NCBI GenBank assembly: GCA_048013815.1
Contig: CM106586.1
Location: 9,300,001-9,364,000, forward strand
Reading direction: 5' to 3'
Length of the DNA: 64,000 nucleotides
Source of the DNA: Setoptus koraiensis
Taxonomy: Eukaryota > Animalia > Arthropoda
Part shown: positions 48,856-61,775 of the stretch, piece by piece
Layout of the letters: each line of letters opens with the position of its first letter
Position numbering within the stretch: position 1 is the first letter of the stretch
The notes under the pieces: generated by a model
Told to the model about the DNA's origin: nothing
The model's input: the letters and a program-made list of their open reading frames with translations, nothing else
The model's database searches: none
Position numbers and translations under genes: made by a program

Positions 48856-49436
48856 CTGCGTTGTGTTGCGTTGCGTTGCGTTGCGTCCAGTTCATTTCAA
48901 TAACACCATGTATACATTTGGGTGAGAGAGCCAGAGGTGTGTACATAATTAATTAAATAGTAATGGTCAAACTGATAACTGGCCCAGTGGCCACTTGTTG
49001 CCACTGGCCGGCAATATTAACAAACGAGCGCCAATGTCGCGCCAAGTGGCCAACCATCGGACATATCATCATCATCATCATCAGCAGCAGCAGCGGCAGC
49101 ATAATATATAGAGATGTTGGCGTCATCGTTTATTATTCATCATGCGGCCGCTTGGCGGACCGCATTATGCACTCCATTATGCAATAGTAATAATAATGTT
49201 ATCATTATTATAATAATCAATCCAGGCCCGTGAAACGCGCAATCATTGCGTTTAATTCGAGTTGTCTGAATTTTAATCTAAATTTAATTTAAATTTTCAT
49301 TCCGATTTCGAGTTGGAATCAGAATAGTTGCAGCCTGATCTCAACGAGGCCAGCGCCGAAATCAGGGGGGCCGCTTCGAGGCAACAAGCAAATAAAACGA
49401 ATGGCAATATAATAATAATAGTAGTAGTAGACGTAC

Positions 49437-49532
49437 CACGATCGAGTAGGTGATGTCCGAATTGGCCGTGTTTGGCTTGTCACGATCGATGGCGTGAATG
49501 CTCCTGAATATAGTCAATCCGACAGGAGTGAG
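49437..49532 (-). CDS. Cad89D: Cadherin exon
   Basis: LTPVGLTIFRSIHAIDRDKPNTANSDITYSIV; phases 0 to 0. Confidence 0.92.
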
Positions 49533-49850
49533 CTGTGGCCAAAATAGAATAAAACCGGCATAAAAACAGTTGAATAAATAGCAGCAAAAACAGTTAGATA
49601 AGTGGCTAAATAAATTGGCATTGGACATTGGTCAAATCACTGGCTGACCATTTAGCGATGGCGCGCTCGATTGCTGGCCGCCAATCCAATCGTGTGATTG
49701 CGGCTAATTAACGGGGCTCGCAACGACGGGCTCGCAATCAAAGAGCCAATCGAAGAAGCGCCGCCCCTCTCTCTGGTGCATTCAGCGCAAATCGACGGGA
49801 CCCGAGCGGCCGCGATAATGGGACTCCCATTATGGGAGAGGGAGTCTTAC

Positions 49851-49888
49851 CTCGTCCACCTCCAAGTGATAGGGAACATTTTGGAACT
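49851..49888 (-). CDS. Cad89D: Cadherin small exon (38 nt)
   Basis: EFQNVPYHLEVDE; phases 1 to 0; GTAAGA donor. Confidence 0.85.
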
Positions 49889-50334
49889 CTGTTGTTGCCG
49901 TTGTCGTCGTTTTCGTTGCCGTTGTTGTTGTCGTTGCCGTTGTTGTTGCCGTTGCCGTTGTTGTTGTTGTTTGTTGAGCGACGCCGGTCGGCCAGGGTTC
50001 GAAAATTCAAAATTGGGGTTGGCATCGCGATGGCAACAATCGGCACAATTGACATCCGCCGGCCAATGCAGGTGAATGAATAATTAATTATTTGAGTTTT
50101 AATTTAATTTCGCATGTTGAGTGAGTTAAATATTTTAGCATTTTAATTGGTAGTTTATGGCCGCCGAGCCTGACAAGTTCGGGCCATAACTCAAAACTCA
50201 CAACTCACAACAATCTCATTTGGTGAGTTATGCCACAAGTTGGTCACAACTTGTGACTCACAAGTCACAACAAACGACAATAACAACACACGATATCGTT
50301 GTGAGGAGCCCCATCGAGAGGCCACTCGACTTAC

Positions 50335-50355
50335 CTGGCGCATGATCATTGACAT
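50335..50355 (-). CDS. Cad89D: Cadherin micro-exon (21 nt)
   Basis: TAG|ATGTCAATGATCATGCGCCAG|GTAAGT encodes DVNDHAP(E); phases 1 to 1. Confidence 0.85.
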
Positions 50356-51935
50356 CTACGGTTGCGACGAGAGCCGATCAAAGTTAACAATGGCGAGCAG
50401 TGTGATAAGAGAGAGAGAGAGCAAAGAGATTGGCAGTGATTAGCAGTTGATTGCAGTGATTTCAAAATGGGCAAGCTCAACTCGGGCTGCCCAAGCGAGT
50501 TTGACTCAAACTGTCTGAGCGGTTCGTTGTCATTGTTGCACAAATTGCATTTGTTTGTTGGCGCAACAAACAAAGTGATTCAACAATCAGAATGGTCAAT
50601 TGTAATTAGTCGCACAACGGCGACAACAACAACATTGGCACGCTTTGCCTTGATTTGGCGACTGGGGGCGAGCGAGCGCCTTCGTAATTTGAGACAATGA
50701 ACAATGAAATGAATGATTAGATAATTGAATGATTTGTTGCCTGCGCGCTGATCACTCGCTTGCGTCCGTCCATTGTCGGCGCCGTTGCGTGCCATACCGT
50801 CCACCGCGTTGTTGTTGTTGTCTCTGTCGCTGTCGCTGTTGTTGTTACTGCCGTCGCTGTTGTTGTTGGCGCTGCTGTTGTTGTTGTTGCCGCCGCTGTT
50901 GGCGCCGTTGTTGCCGCTGCTGTTGGCGCTGTTGTCGAGATGGGCGCAACCGGCCGGCCGGCAAAAGTGGCGCCACAATTAGCCGTCAATCTGCAAACTT
51001 ATGCCAATTGCGTAATGGATAGCGGCGCCAAATTGCCGGCTACACCTAAGTGTGAGCCAGAGTGTTTGCCTTTGTTGGCGGCTCGCCAGCAGCGATTGTT
51101 GTCAGAGCGATTCGTCCCAAACAAAGGCTCCGATTGCATGCGCGCGAACGGCCGACGCGACGCTCGCGTTCTCGCCAGGCCAGCCCGTTCTTTCGCCGTT
51201 CTCTCGCCGTTCTCTCGCCGTTCTTTCGCCGTTCTTTCGCCTTTCCTTTCGTCGTTATTTTCGCCGTTCCTTTCGCCGCGCTGCCATGAACCGCTCACGA
51301 TCAGCGCCGAGCGGCGAATTATCATAACTCCCCCACTGGCAGTGACACTGGCCGTCGTTTCTTGCGTCGTCGTCGTCATTTCTTGCGTCATCGTTGTCGT
51401 TTCGCCCGTCGTCGTCGTGGTCGTTTCAGTCGTCGCTTCGTCCGTCGGCGCTGGCGCGGTCGTTCTGTGCAATGGCCGGTCGGTCACGTAATGGGCTCGA
51501 TGATCGCCAAATACAATTGCGCAGTGGGCTGTTGTTTTTGTTTTGGCCGCCGCACGGCCGACGCAATGGCCGGCCATTATATCAGCCGTGTTGTGTCGCT
51601 AATTAAGCCAATTTGTTTGTTGCGCCCAGTTGCGCAACCAGCGGCCAGCCTGGCCAGTCCAGTATTGGTTTAATTTGGCGTGTGTGTGTGTGTGTGTGTG
51701 CGTTTGTTGTGTCTACACTCACCTGTTGCTCACTCATTTGTTTGGCGCAACAGGTGAGTGAGTGTGACAGCGACACAACGCCGATCCTTTGTTTTGCGTG
51801 CACTGCCAGCGCTGTCCAGTTGCAGCCAGCTGACCAGCGTAGGTCAGCCGTCGAGAGGCCAATTGGCAAACAATTGCGACACACGCTCACTCAATAGCCA
51901 GGTAAGAGGATATTACCGTTATTGTTATTGCTTAC

Positions 51936-51972
51936 CTTGTATGTAGACGGTCACTGGCAGGAAGGTGTCATC
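51936..51972 (-). CDS. Cad89D: Cadherin small exon (37 nt)
   Basis: DDTFLPVTVYIQ; phases 0 to 1. Confidence 0.85.
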
Positions 51973-54517
51973 CTAATGACAGTTGTTTGTGTAACATTGC
52001 GCAACGTTGGCCGGCCGACAGACGAGACAAAGATGAGAATTAGTTATTAGTTATTGGAGTTGTTAGTTTTGCGTTGTTGTGGTTGTTGTTGTCGCTGTTG
52101 TTGTTGTCGCTGTCGCTGTTGTTGTCGCTGTCGCTGTTGTCGGCGTCGCTGTTGCGTAATTGCAAATTAGTATGCAAATAAGTAGACAAGAATATCAGCG
52201 CTGAGCCGATGAGCGACAGTGAATTACATCGCTGTGCCCGTCGTTGCGGTGCGGCCGACACTGCAACGGCAACCGCCAGTGAGAGCCACCCAAATCTAAT
52301 CAACATCAGCCTGCTGTTGCAAGGTTGTTGTTGTTGTCGTTGTTGCTGTCGCTGTCGTTGCTGTCGCTGTTGTCGTTGCTGTTGCTGTCGTTGCAATCGC
52401 TGTTGCTGTGTGGCGGCCAAACAATCGCCAGCAATCGATTGTTCACCACAGCACCTGTTGTGCTGTTGCAGTACAAGTTGTGTTGTTGCGCAACACACAC
52501 ACACAACTTGTAAACACATTGTCAGATGTTGAATCACAATGACCAGTGGCCATTTCGTTTGCACTGTGTGCCAGCGCTGTTTATACCCGGCTCGCCCGTG
52601 TCCAAGCGCGGGCAATCTCACTGCGCCGCTCTGGGCCACAGATACAACAAGACACAACAATGGCAACGGAAGCGCATCTTGCTCCTCACCTGGCTGCCCT
52701 ATTACGCAACAAACCGCGCCAATGTTACGCAACAAACCGCGCCAATGTTATGCGTGCCGTCGCTTGCACACTTGGCAAATTCACTCATGCTCTCGATGCT
52801 CACACTGTTGATACTCACACTGTTGATACTCGCACTCGCGGTACTCATATATCCTGGCAGCGAGTATGTGTTGCGTAATACGCAATGCGAATGTATGTAT
52901 AACACACACACAGGTATTCTGGTCGTCGAGTGGCTCGCCGGCAGCGCTCAGCGAGAGTCACAACTGACAGCTCTGTTTTGCCGGACACTGCAACTGACAC
53001 ACAACAGAAACAATCCCTGCGTTACGTAATAGTTATTGCTGCAGTGGCTATTTGCAATAACTGACACACAACTTGTGCGCACGGCGCCGATCAGCCAATT
53101 GCGCAACGCAACGGCACAGCCGACTGCGTTACATAACGGTACAGCTGACATAACGGTAATTACATACGGCAATTCTCGCGGACACAAAGCAGCAGGCTCA
53201 GTAATGGTCGTGTCATTTGCACATGTGTGTGTATTACATAATAGTATTATCATAATATTATTATGTAATACGGCATTATACGGCATTATGAGGCCGTGCA
53301 TTGTGCTAACACTGCTTGTTGTGTGCGTAGTCAATTATGTCATAACAAAATTATGACATAACAATGCGAGCATCTTCATCATCATCATCGCGTCAGCCTC
53401 CACCGGCGGCCATCACTCTCTCGCTAGTTGTTGCTGTTGATCGGCAGCATCAACCATAATTAACATTAATTGAGTTGGCTCGCCGGCTCGCCACACTTGG
53501 CCATAATGATGCAACTCGCACAATGACGCCATTCGCACAATGACGCCATTCGCATAATGATAATTCGCGCAATAATATATGCGCGCCATAATAATGTATT
53601 CGCCATAACGAGTCATTACGCAAACTGAAATTAAATTGGCATTACCAAATAGGTAATACCGATATCCGAACGCAGCTCGCCAGCGAATTCAATCGCTTGC
53701 TAACGGTTAATTTTGGCGCGCGATCACTTCCGTTTTGTCCACAACAGCAGCCCATTCTGTTGGTGTTGGTGTTGGTGTGGCCCAACAAGAATGGCCACTT
53801 TCACTGGTCATTATTGTGGTGTTACAATGAGCACAATAGAGCGGCCACAACAAGCACATGATGATGACGCAACACCGACATCGCAAACACATTGCGCCAA
53901 TGATAACTCGGCCGAACGTTACGAGCCAGTTACGTAACATTGGTACATTGCAATATTATGTAACATGTAATATGTTGGCATATTATGGCATAATATCAAA
54001 AATAACAAAATATCATAATCGACCAGACGACAACACGCCATAAATTAAGCTGCGCATCCTGTTGTCAGTGTATCTGTATCCGTATCCGTACTGTTACAAA
54101 GTGACGCATAATGGCGCATAATGACGCAAACAATAATTATGACGATAACATTGTTGAATCCGTTATCGGTTGCCGGTTGTGCGGGCGGCCCGCGGGCCGG
54201 ATGCGGCCGCCCGCACAACAGCCGAGCCGGTCAGTTGGCGGTGATGTCGCAATTCGTACAACAACAACAATCGATGAAGCGATCCGCATTCGACATTCCG
54301 GAATCCGGATGCGGTGCGGAGATGCTAAAAGAGCGCCCTATTCAAACACAAATCTTTTTACCAACAACAATTTTTTTTATCAACAACAACAACTTTTTTA
54401 TCAACAACAACAACTTTTTTGCTTTTCTTCGGCCACTCAACTCTCGCTTGATGCTTGCAATAATAATTATGCAAGTATACAAGTAGTGGCGGCGTGGATA
54501 TTCATGCGGTCACTTAC

Positions 54518-54574
54518 CAGACTTCCTATGCCGCGACAAGTTAACTTGAATTTGAGCACATTTTGAGGATCTCT
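54518..54574 (-). CDS. Cad89D: Cadherin exon
   Basis: RDPQNVLKFKLTCRGIGSL; phases 0 to 0. Confidence 0.85.
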
Positions 54575-54729
54575 CTGTCGTGCGGTACCCGTTGGTTTTG
54601 GTTGGTTTGGTCGGGGGCCACAACAAGACGGATGCAATTGCGATAATTGGGCGAAAAGAAATCAGTTAGCGCTGTCGGCGGTCATCGCAGAATGATTTAT
54701 TGAGATTTATTTATTGTAGACTGACTCAC

Positions 54730-54890
54730 CCTGTCCACCAGATCCTCGAGGGACTGGTTCAATTTTATGGCAACTGATCTGTCATCGATATCGACGTATT
54801 TGAAATAATTTACATCACTTAAGCTATTGTCTATGGGCTCGATGCGGAACTCGGACCTCGGGTGCACCTCTAGCTTGAATATCTCGCTGC
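54730..54890 (-). CDS. Cad89D: Cadherin exon
   Basis: GSEIFKLEVHPRSEFRIEPIDNSLSDVNYFKYVDIDDRSVAIKLNQSLEDLVDR; phases 1 to 0. Confidence 0.88.
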
Positions 54891-55100
54891 CTGTTTGTAC
54901 AATTGAGATTGGTTGAGTTTGTTGGATTGAGTGAGGTTATTTATACATTTCTGGCCCGAATCAATCAAATCATCGTCTGCCGAGTCTCGAGAGTCTCGAC
55001 TATCGAGACTCGTTCGGATTTGCCCAGATTTGCTGCCAACTGGCGGAGATTTGGGCCGATTTGGGCCAAATCGCTGCAGCGGCAAACCCGTTGTACTTAC

Positions 55101-55166
55101 CGACGGCCAGGTTCTCCGACACTCGCTCAAACCTTCGATTTTCGCCTATAGGATAAAATTTACAGC
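55101..55166 (-). CDS. Cad89D: Cadherin most 5' exon identified
   Basis: GCKFYPIGENRRFERVSENLAV; phases 1 to 1; GTAAGT donor. Confidence 0.85.
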
Positions 55167-57483
55167 CTGCAAGGGGTAGAGTGGACAGCGAGAGTGGGAT
55201 TAGTTTCGAGTGGGAATTATTATTTTTGTATAAATATCTATCTCGTAGAAATATCTGTGTGTTATTTCTGTGGGTCAGTTATTTCAGTCTGCTGTATCAG
55301 TGGACAGATACAAAAGAGTCTGCGAAAAATCTGCGAAACGATCCACGATAAGCCGCTTGCGATAAGTTGAGTGATAAATTATGTTGGATTATTTACAACG
55401 GTGCCAGTCGGACAACAATCGCCACGATGACCAACTATCTCTAGTGGCCGCAGTGCTGTAAATAAGCCGTCTTGTTCAAACTTTCCAATTGAATATTAGC
55501 AGCTAACTCAAATGGCTCAAAAGGCTCAAATGGCTAAATAGCGCCGGCGATTGATTGCCCCGGCTGCTGGCTGCATCGCACGAATCCATCATGTGTATCG
55601 GACCGATTGCAACATTTGTCCGTCCGACTGGCACAGTCTGACGGATAAATTACAAGCAAGAGGAGCAGTAGCCAGACGAAAGAGTGTGGCCGGATAAAAC
55701 GGACGCCAGGTAGCCAAATAAGAAACATATAAATAAATGAACACATTAAATTAGGCACAAACAGTTGTTGTTTGCGCTTATTTATGGGGCAATTAATTTG
55801 CATATAGATAGATTGCCGGTCGCTAGTTGTGTCTGGCCACTGGCCGGCTCAGCCGAATCAATTTGCGGCCAATTTTGGCCGCTTTCAGCTCTGTCCGGCA
55901 GAGTGTGTTGGGCTCGTCGGAGCTTCACCGAGCTCGGCTGTTCGAGCCGGCTCAGCGGACGGCGTCGGGACGGCTCGAATTGCTCGCAATGGGCTCGCAA
56001 TGGGCTCGCCGTAAGCGGCCAACGGCCAGCCAGTTGGCTGGCTACAAAATGGCAATGAATTTTGATGGGCATTTGGGCTCGCATCACTTTATTACGATCG
56101 CTCGGCGAGCTCGCCAACGCGGACACTGACACTGCTGCGGCCAGTTGTGGGACTGAGCTGATTGGCGAGACCAAGTTGAATTCGGTTTTATTGTTATTAT
56201 TTACCGCAACATGCGCCGGCTCGCTGCTGCTTGTTGTCGGTTGTTGCTGGCGCGCCAACCGCCGGCAACAGCCGACAACAGCAACAGCCGACAACAGCCG
56301 ACAGCAACACAAACCGACAACAGCAACAACTGACAACAACCGCCGACAACTGACGGCTACAAAGTCGCTCGGCGAGCCAACAGGTGGGTGCACCGTTATG
56401 TTTTGATTTAGTTATATTGCCAGTCAAAGGCACACAGTGGAAACAAGAGATTGCTTACACCTGTAGCTTTGATTTGTTGGCATGACTTGTTGAGCCGTTG
56501 ATGCTGCCCAACAGCGACAACGATGCGATGATACCAACAACGAGCAAAAATAGACGACTGCTCGCAGGCAATCGAGACTCTCAATTCGAGAGACGTTATA
56601 ATCAGCATGATTGAGCGACCTTGCCGGGCCGGCCGGCCAACTAACCGACTGCGCCGGCAGCGAGACAAGGCCGCGCTAAATTGAATGATTGCAAAACAAA
56701 CAAACGATTTGCCCGTGAAACTCGAGACTCTCCGACGGGGCACCTCCAACAACCGCCGACAACCACCGACAACTGACAACAACAGCAACAACCGCCGACA
56801 ACCACCGACAACTGACAACAACAGCGACAACAGCAACCACATGCATGCTAATCAAGTTGATGGCCGACTTGCGCCCGGCCCGAGTTTATGGCCTTGGCGG
56901 TCGGTCCGGCGGCGACGCCGACAGCCAGTGACCGACTTTTGTCGTGTTGTCGGCCCCCTCCAATTGTGGCGCACAGCTCGCCTTATTATGGCCGGCCGTG
57001 TGCCGGCCATAATAAGGCTCGCGCTGTCCGCCAGGGCTTGCCGCGCCGGCGCCCAGGTGGCGCCCATCAGCAGCCATACGTCATATTGGCACAGGTTGCA
57101 TCATGTAACATGATTCATGTAACATGTTACGTGATGTTCATGTTACGTGATGTTCATGTTACATGATGTTCATGTAGGCACAGGTTGTATCACGACGGCA
57201 CAGGTTGTGTGACGATGGCACAGGTGACCATTAGCGAGTGGTCAGCTGGCGCGATACTGTTATTATCGCCTGATATTTTGACAGTGGCCGTACGGCCGCC
57301 GCTGCTGTCATAATACGGCGCTGTCATACGGCGCTGTCATACGGCGCTATCATATGGCGCTGTCTTGCGGCGCTGTCTTGCGGCGCTGTCATGATGTGAC
57401 AGCGCCATGTTATGACAGCGGCAGCAGCAGCGACAACAGCAACAGGTGGCGATGATTCTTTTTTCTAGCGCCGCATCGCATCG

Positions 57484-57484
57484 C

Positions 57485-57545
<61 letters not shown>
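57484..57545. repeat. (CAA)n microsatellite
   Basis: Pure CAA run. Confidence 0.95.
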
Positions 57546-60500
57546 GCATGTTAAGTGGCCACAATGGACAGAAACAATGGACTAGATCTGGTGTCTGGTT
57601 CGTTCCAGACAAGCCGGCGTCGACGCTGACAATGCCCGATGGCGCCAAAAGAAGCGAGCCGATCGCTGATTTGATTTGATCTGACGCAACACTGACAGTG
57701 TCGCCGAACAAACTGAAGCCGAACAAACCGAAGCCGAGCAAACCGAAAGTGGCCGCCAGCGCAACTACTGTCCTTTGCGCGACAACCGCTGGCAAACCGT
57801 TGGACAGTTATCTTTCAATCATTTAATCTGTTGCGTCAGCTGACAGTGTCAGTGTGACAGTGTCAGCCGTGCAACTGTCAGGCGCAACACCGTCGTATAC
57901 AAGTGACGCACGGTGCGTTGCAGACAAACATTTATAGCAACAGCTATGAATGAGCGATACTGGCAAGCGATATTGGCCAGCGGCGACAATGACATCATGA
58001 CCATGTTGTGTACAAACGGCAACAATGACAACAACGACAACAACGACAACGACAACAACGACAACAACGACAACAACGACAACGACAACAAAGTAAATTG
58101 TCGCTGCCACTTACAAGCGCCGCACAGGCCACATACAAGCGCGACACAAGCGGCTTACGTAACAGTATAAGCAACGTTGTATGGGCATTACGCAAGCTGG
58201 CCATTATCGTTATATCGTATGTAATGACATTACACAGTGTGTAAGCGCTGTTATCGCGTCCCGTCATCTCGCTCGGCCCTGGCTCGACAGCGGCTCGCCG
58301 GCTGATATCGGCTGCTGGCTGGCATCGGCCGGACTGGTGGCCCGAAATCAGTGCAAGTTGTTGGCTTGAACTTGCCAGGCTTCGAGCCATACAGACACAC
58401 GTTACATTGTGTACGAATTATATCTATGATGAGCGCGCAGATAGAGGGCAAGCAAGGGCGATCAAATTACGGCACTGATATCGGGCGACGAAGCGACAGT
58501 TTAGCCACTTTCGGCGGCCGCTCTCGGTGTCAGTCGGCCGCTCTCGGTCTCAGTCAATCGCCTTCGGTCGGCCTGGGCCGGTCGGAGCCGCTCGCGCTGA
58601 AAAGTCGCCAGTCTAAAAAGCGACAGGCCAAAAAGTAAACTGAAACTAAAAAATCGTCGGCCGGCCGGGCAATTCGGCCAAAACACGACCGAGTGACATC
58701 AGTAGCCGCTCGTAGAGCCGCTCCAAATCAAATCAACGGCGACACACTTGATGTTATCGGATTACTCGGCTTGTTTGTCGTCTATTAATTCGGCCAGTCG
58801 GCGTTTTTATCGGCGCGCCATCGTGATTGTCGCTCGTCCGCAACAACAGCCCAACAACGCCAACAACGCCAACAGCGGCGGCTCTTGTCCTGTCAAGAGG
58901 CTGCTGCCGCTGCAACTCGCGAGTGAGTTGTTGCTTTTGTGCCTCACCTGTCATGTCATGAGCGCTCGAAAAAGAATCTTCTTTTTCACTTGTTCGAATT
59001 CGCGCCAACCGACCAATTGCAGCCAATCCGCACTGACAATTGCGAATTCGCCGCTTAGCGCAAGTGCTCGCCAAGCGATCGCACCAGTGACGCAACAGCG
59101 CGCCATAATTGACAACAAAATGACACATTGGCTCGACTTGGCAACGTTGCGGCATGCGTCCACTTGGCCACACTGACGCATCAGCGTCAGCTGACCTTTA
59201 TGATCATCATCTGACGTATGGTCAGCTGACGTATGGTCAGCTGACGTATGATTATCAGCTGGCGTATGATCAGCTGACGCATGATCTGGCGTCTGGCGAC
59301 GCCAGACTGGCGTTCGGTCATATTCACGCGTGAATGTCTTGGCATGTCAGACGACCATATCCAGTGTGCAATCAGCTGTGAGCGGGCCCAAAACGTAATG
59401 TAATTAATGTCTTACAGCAGGTCATCCATCATAAATGGGCTGTCACAAGCGGGCTGTCACTGATAGCTTGTCAGTGATACAAAGATCAGTGATGGGTAAA
59501 CAAAGCGACCGATCGAAAGCAATCAAGCGATATCATTTGCGCATTTATCGGCTGTTTGTAGGCTTGTTGGCGGGTCGCGGCCATCGCAGCGCCCCTGCAT
59601 TACACACCCTGTACTACAAACTGTGTAGCTTGTCAAGGTTGCCGTTGACAGTCGGTCTGGCAAGTGTTTTTGAAAAGTTTTCAATGAAAACCCGCCAACT
59701 GGCAGTTGTTCGTAAAACTGACCCAAACAGCTGACCGGCGCCTCGCACCTGTTCAACAGGTCCTGTTGCATCAACAGCTGTTTGTGTTTACATATGGGCG
59801 ATATGTAAACGCACATGACACATCAGCTGGTTGGCTGTCATTAGTGTCATGTTGCATTCAAAATATCATTACACTGCGAGAAGATATCCCCGTTCGCCCA
59901 GAATACACCGAGAAATGGCCCGGCGAACAGGGATAATCGGTCAGCGGAGATGCTGTTACGTTTCGTTGCCAGTCAACATGTTGCCTGTCAGGTGGCGCAA
60001 ATATCGAGTCTTGCGGGGTATTCGAGTCGAGACTCGCGAGGCATTTGCACCTCTGGCCGGCGTCCAATGGTCGGACATTGCGATGATTGATGCTGCACTT
60101 CTCTGCACCATATTTATGCGAATTGATTTAGCCTAGACACGCAACGAGACGCGACCCCACGACAAACAAACGCACCACTGCCGTTAATCGAGCAGCTAAT
60201 TCGGCTTGGCGGCGAGTCGAGTTTAAATATTTACGTTCGAGTATGATGTCATGTCGACCACAGCGGACACAACAAGCGATTTTTAAACCCAATTTAACAG
60301 CAGCAGCGAATATTTAACTGTTATTTCAACATGCAGCTTGATTGACCCACAAAATCGTTGCAATTGACGCTCGCTGGCAGCACTGTTATTAACAGTACAG
60401 AGACACCCGCTGTGGTCTTGGCACTAATGAACTAATGACTATTAAATTGGCATGAATGTCCCATTTATCTTGTTTGGCTGTTCGGCTGCGCTGGCCGTTG

Positions 60501-61692
60501 TTTATTGATCGTTTTTATTTATCGTTTGTTGTTTGCTGCGGCCACCACCGCACACCAGACACATTCATTATTCATGGTGGCATGATTACAGGCATGTTAA
60601 CTATGCTCATGTCAGCTATTTGCATATCACATGATCATGTAATGTCATCATGTAATTTGAAAGCCGTTGTCTGTTGCCTGTCGGCGCTGTTGTCGCCGGT
60701 TGCGTAACCGTCGAGCTGCGCAACCGTGGAGCGCCGTGGAGCGCCGGCGACGCCGGCGACGACGGCGACACTGGCGCTCGACGGAGCGAGAAAGAAGCGC
60801 CAGAAAAGGGCCGGCCACTGGCGGCCAATCGGCGGCTTGTAAATCGCAGTGGCGGCCATTGAAAACATTTAAACTTCGCCTAATGTCCATTTATCCATTC
60901 GATTGTGCGCATTCCACCATCGCTAATGGTATTTGGCGCCCCCGTCATCGCAATTCACGGCGACCCTTGTGGCGGCCACTCGTCAGCTGTCTGTCACCGT
61001 TGTTTGCCGGACAATCGTCAGCGAGGCCAAAGCCAGCAAACACTCTGCAGCAACGATGAGACCATGTTTTTATTTATATTTTTTCCTCTCTGCTGCCATA
61101 TCTGCCAGCTCGCCTGCCTGCGCTACCTGTGCGAGACGAGGTCAAGCCTGGCGGCATTGCGACCACTGGCTGTTACGTGACCAATGGCCATTACCACTGG
61201 TCCGTCCCGGCCTGACAACTGTGGCATGGGAGCGGCCGCCAGGGGGAGGCTCGCTCGGGTGCCCAAAAGTGTGCTTTGGCTCGGCCAGCGCCAGCATTCT
61301 TCGGCTGGCGACCACTAACCGGCACTGGCGACATCATCAATGTTTGCATAAATAAACATAAGTGCTCAAATGTCTATAAATAAACAGGTGAACACAGGCC
61401 ACCAACGGCTGCAGCGTCCTCACAGCGGCACTGTCGGCACTGTTGCGTCATCATGGCGGCATTATGCAACATTTGAGCACTTATTTGCATTATTGCCTAG
61501 GCTGCCTATACGCACTCTATAGTATGCAGAGATTGCGAACAAAATTTTCTTCTATTCACAGAAAAACATTGACTGTCAATGATTGACACACCTAATATCA
61601 GCTGACTGTTAACGGTAACAAGTGGGCGACATGTGCGCAGTGCAATATTGCTGCCATCTGATTGCGCAATTGTCACCAATGACAATCAGCTG

Positions 61693-61775
61693 GCAAATCA
61701 AACGGCAAATCAGACGGCAAATCGGACGGCAAATCAGACGGCAAATCAGACGGCAAATCGGACGGCAAATCAGAT
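61693..61775. repeat. 12-bp tandem repeat (GGCAAATCRGAC), about 7 copies
   Basis: Read directly. Confidence 0.88.

Larger units (their letters stand above)
18278..55166 (-). other. Cad89D: Giant non-classical cadherin gene span, Cad89D-like (22 coding exons found, first exon not located)
   Basis: All 22 exons have GT-AG ends and matching phases; 12158 nt coding. N-terminal GCKFYPIGE...ENL, DLVD-RDPQNVLKF, and membrane-proximal YHLAYDET/PIVSAIPLEASFGY resemble arthropod Cad89D (from recall). Confidence 0.8.

Noticed and set aside
57337-57795. Poly-Leu ORF as the cadherin signal exon
   Set aside because: Derived from a (CAA)n repeat and lacks a consensus phase-1 donor.
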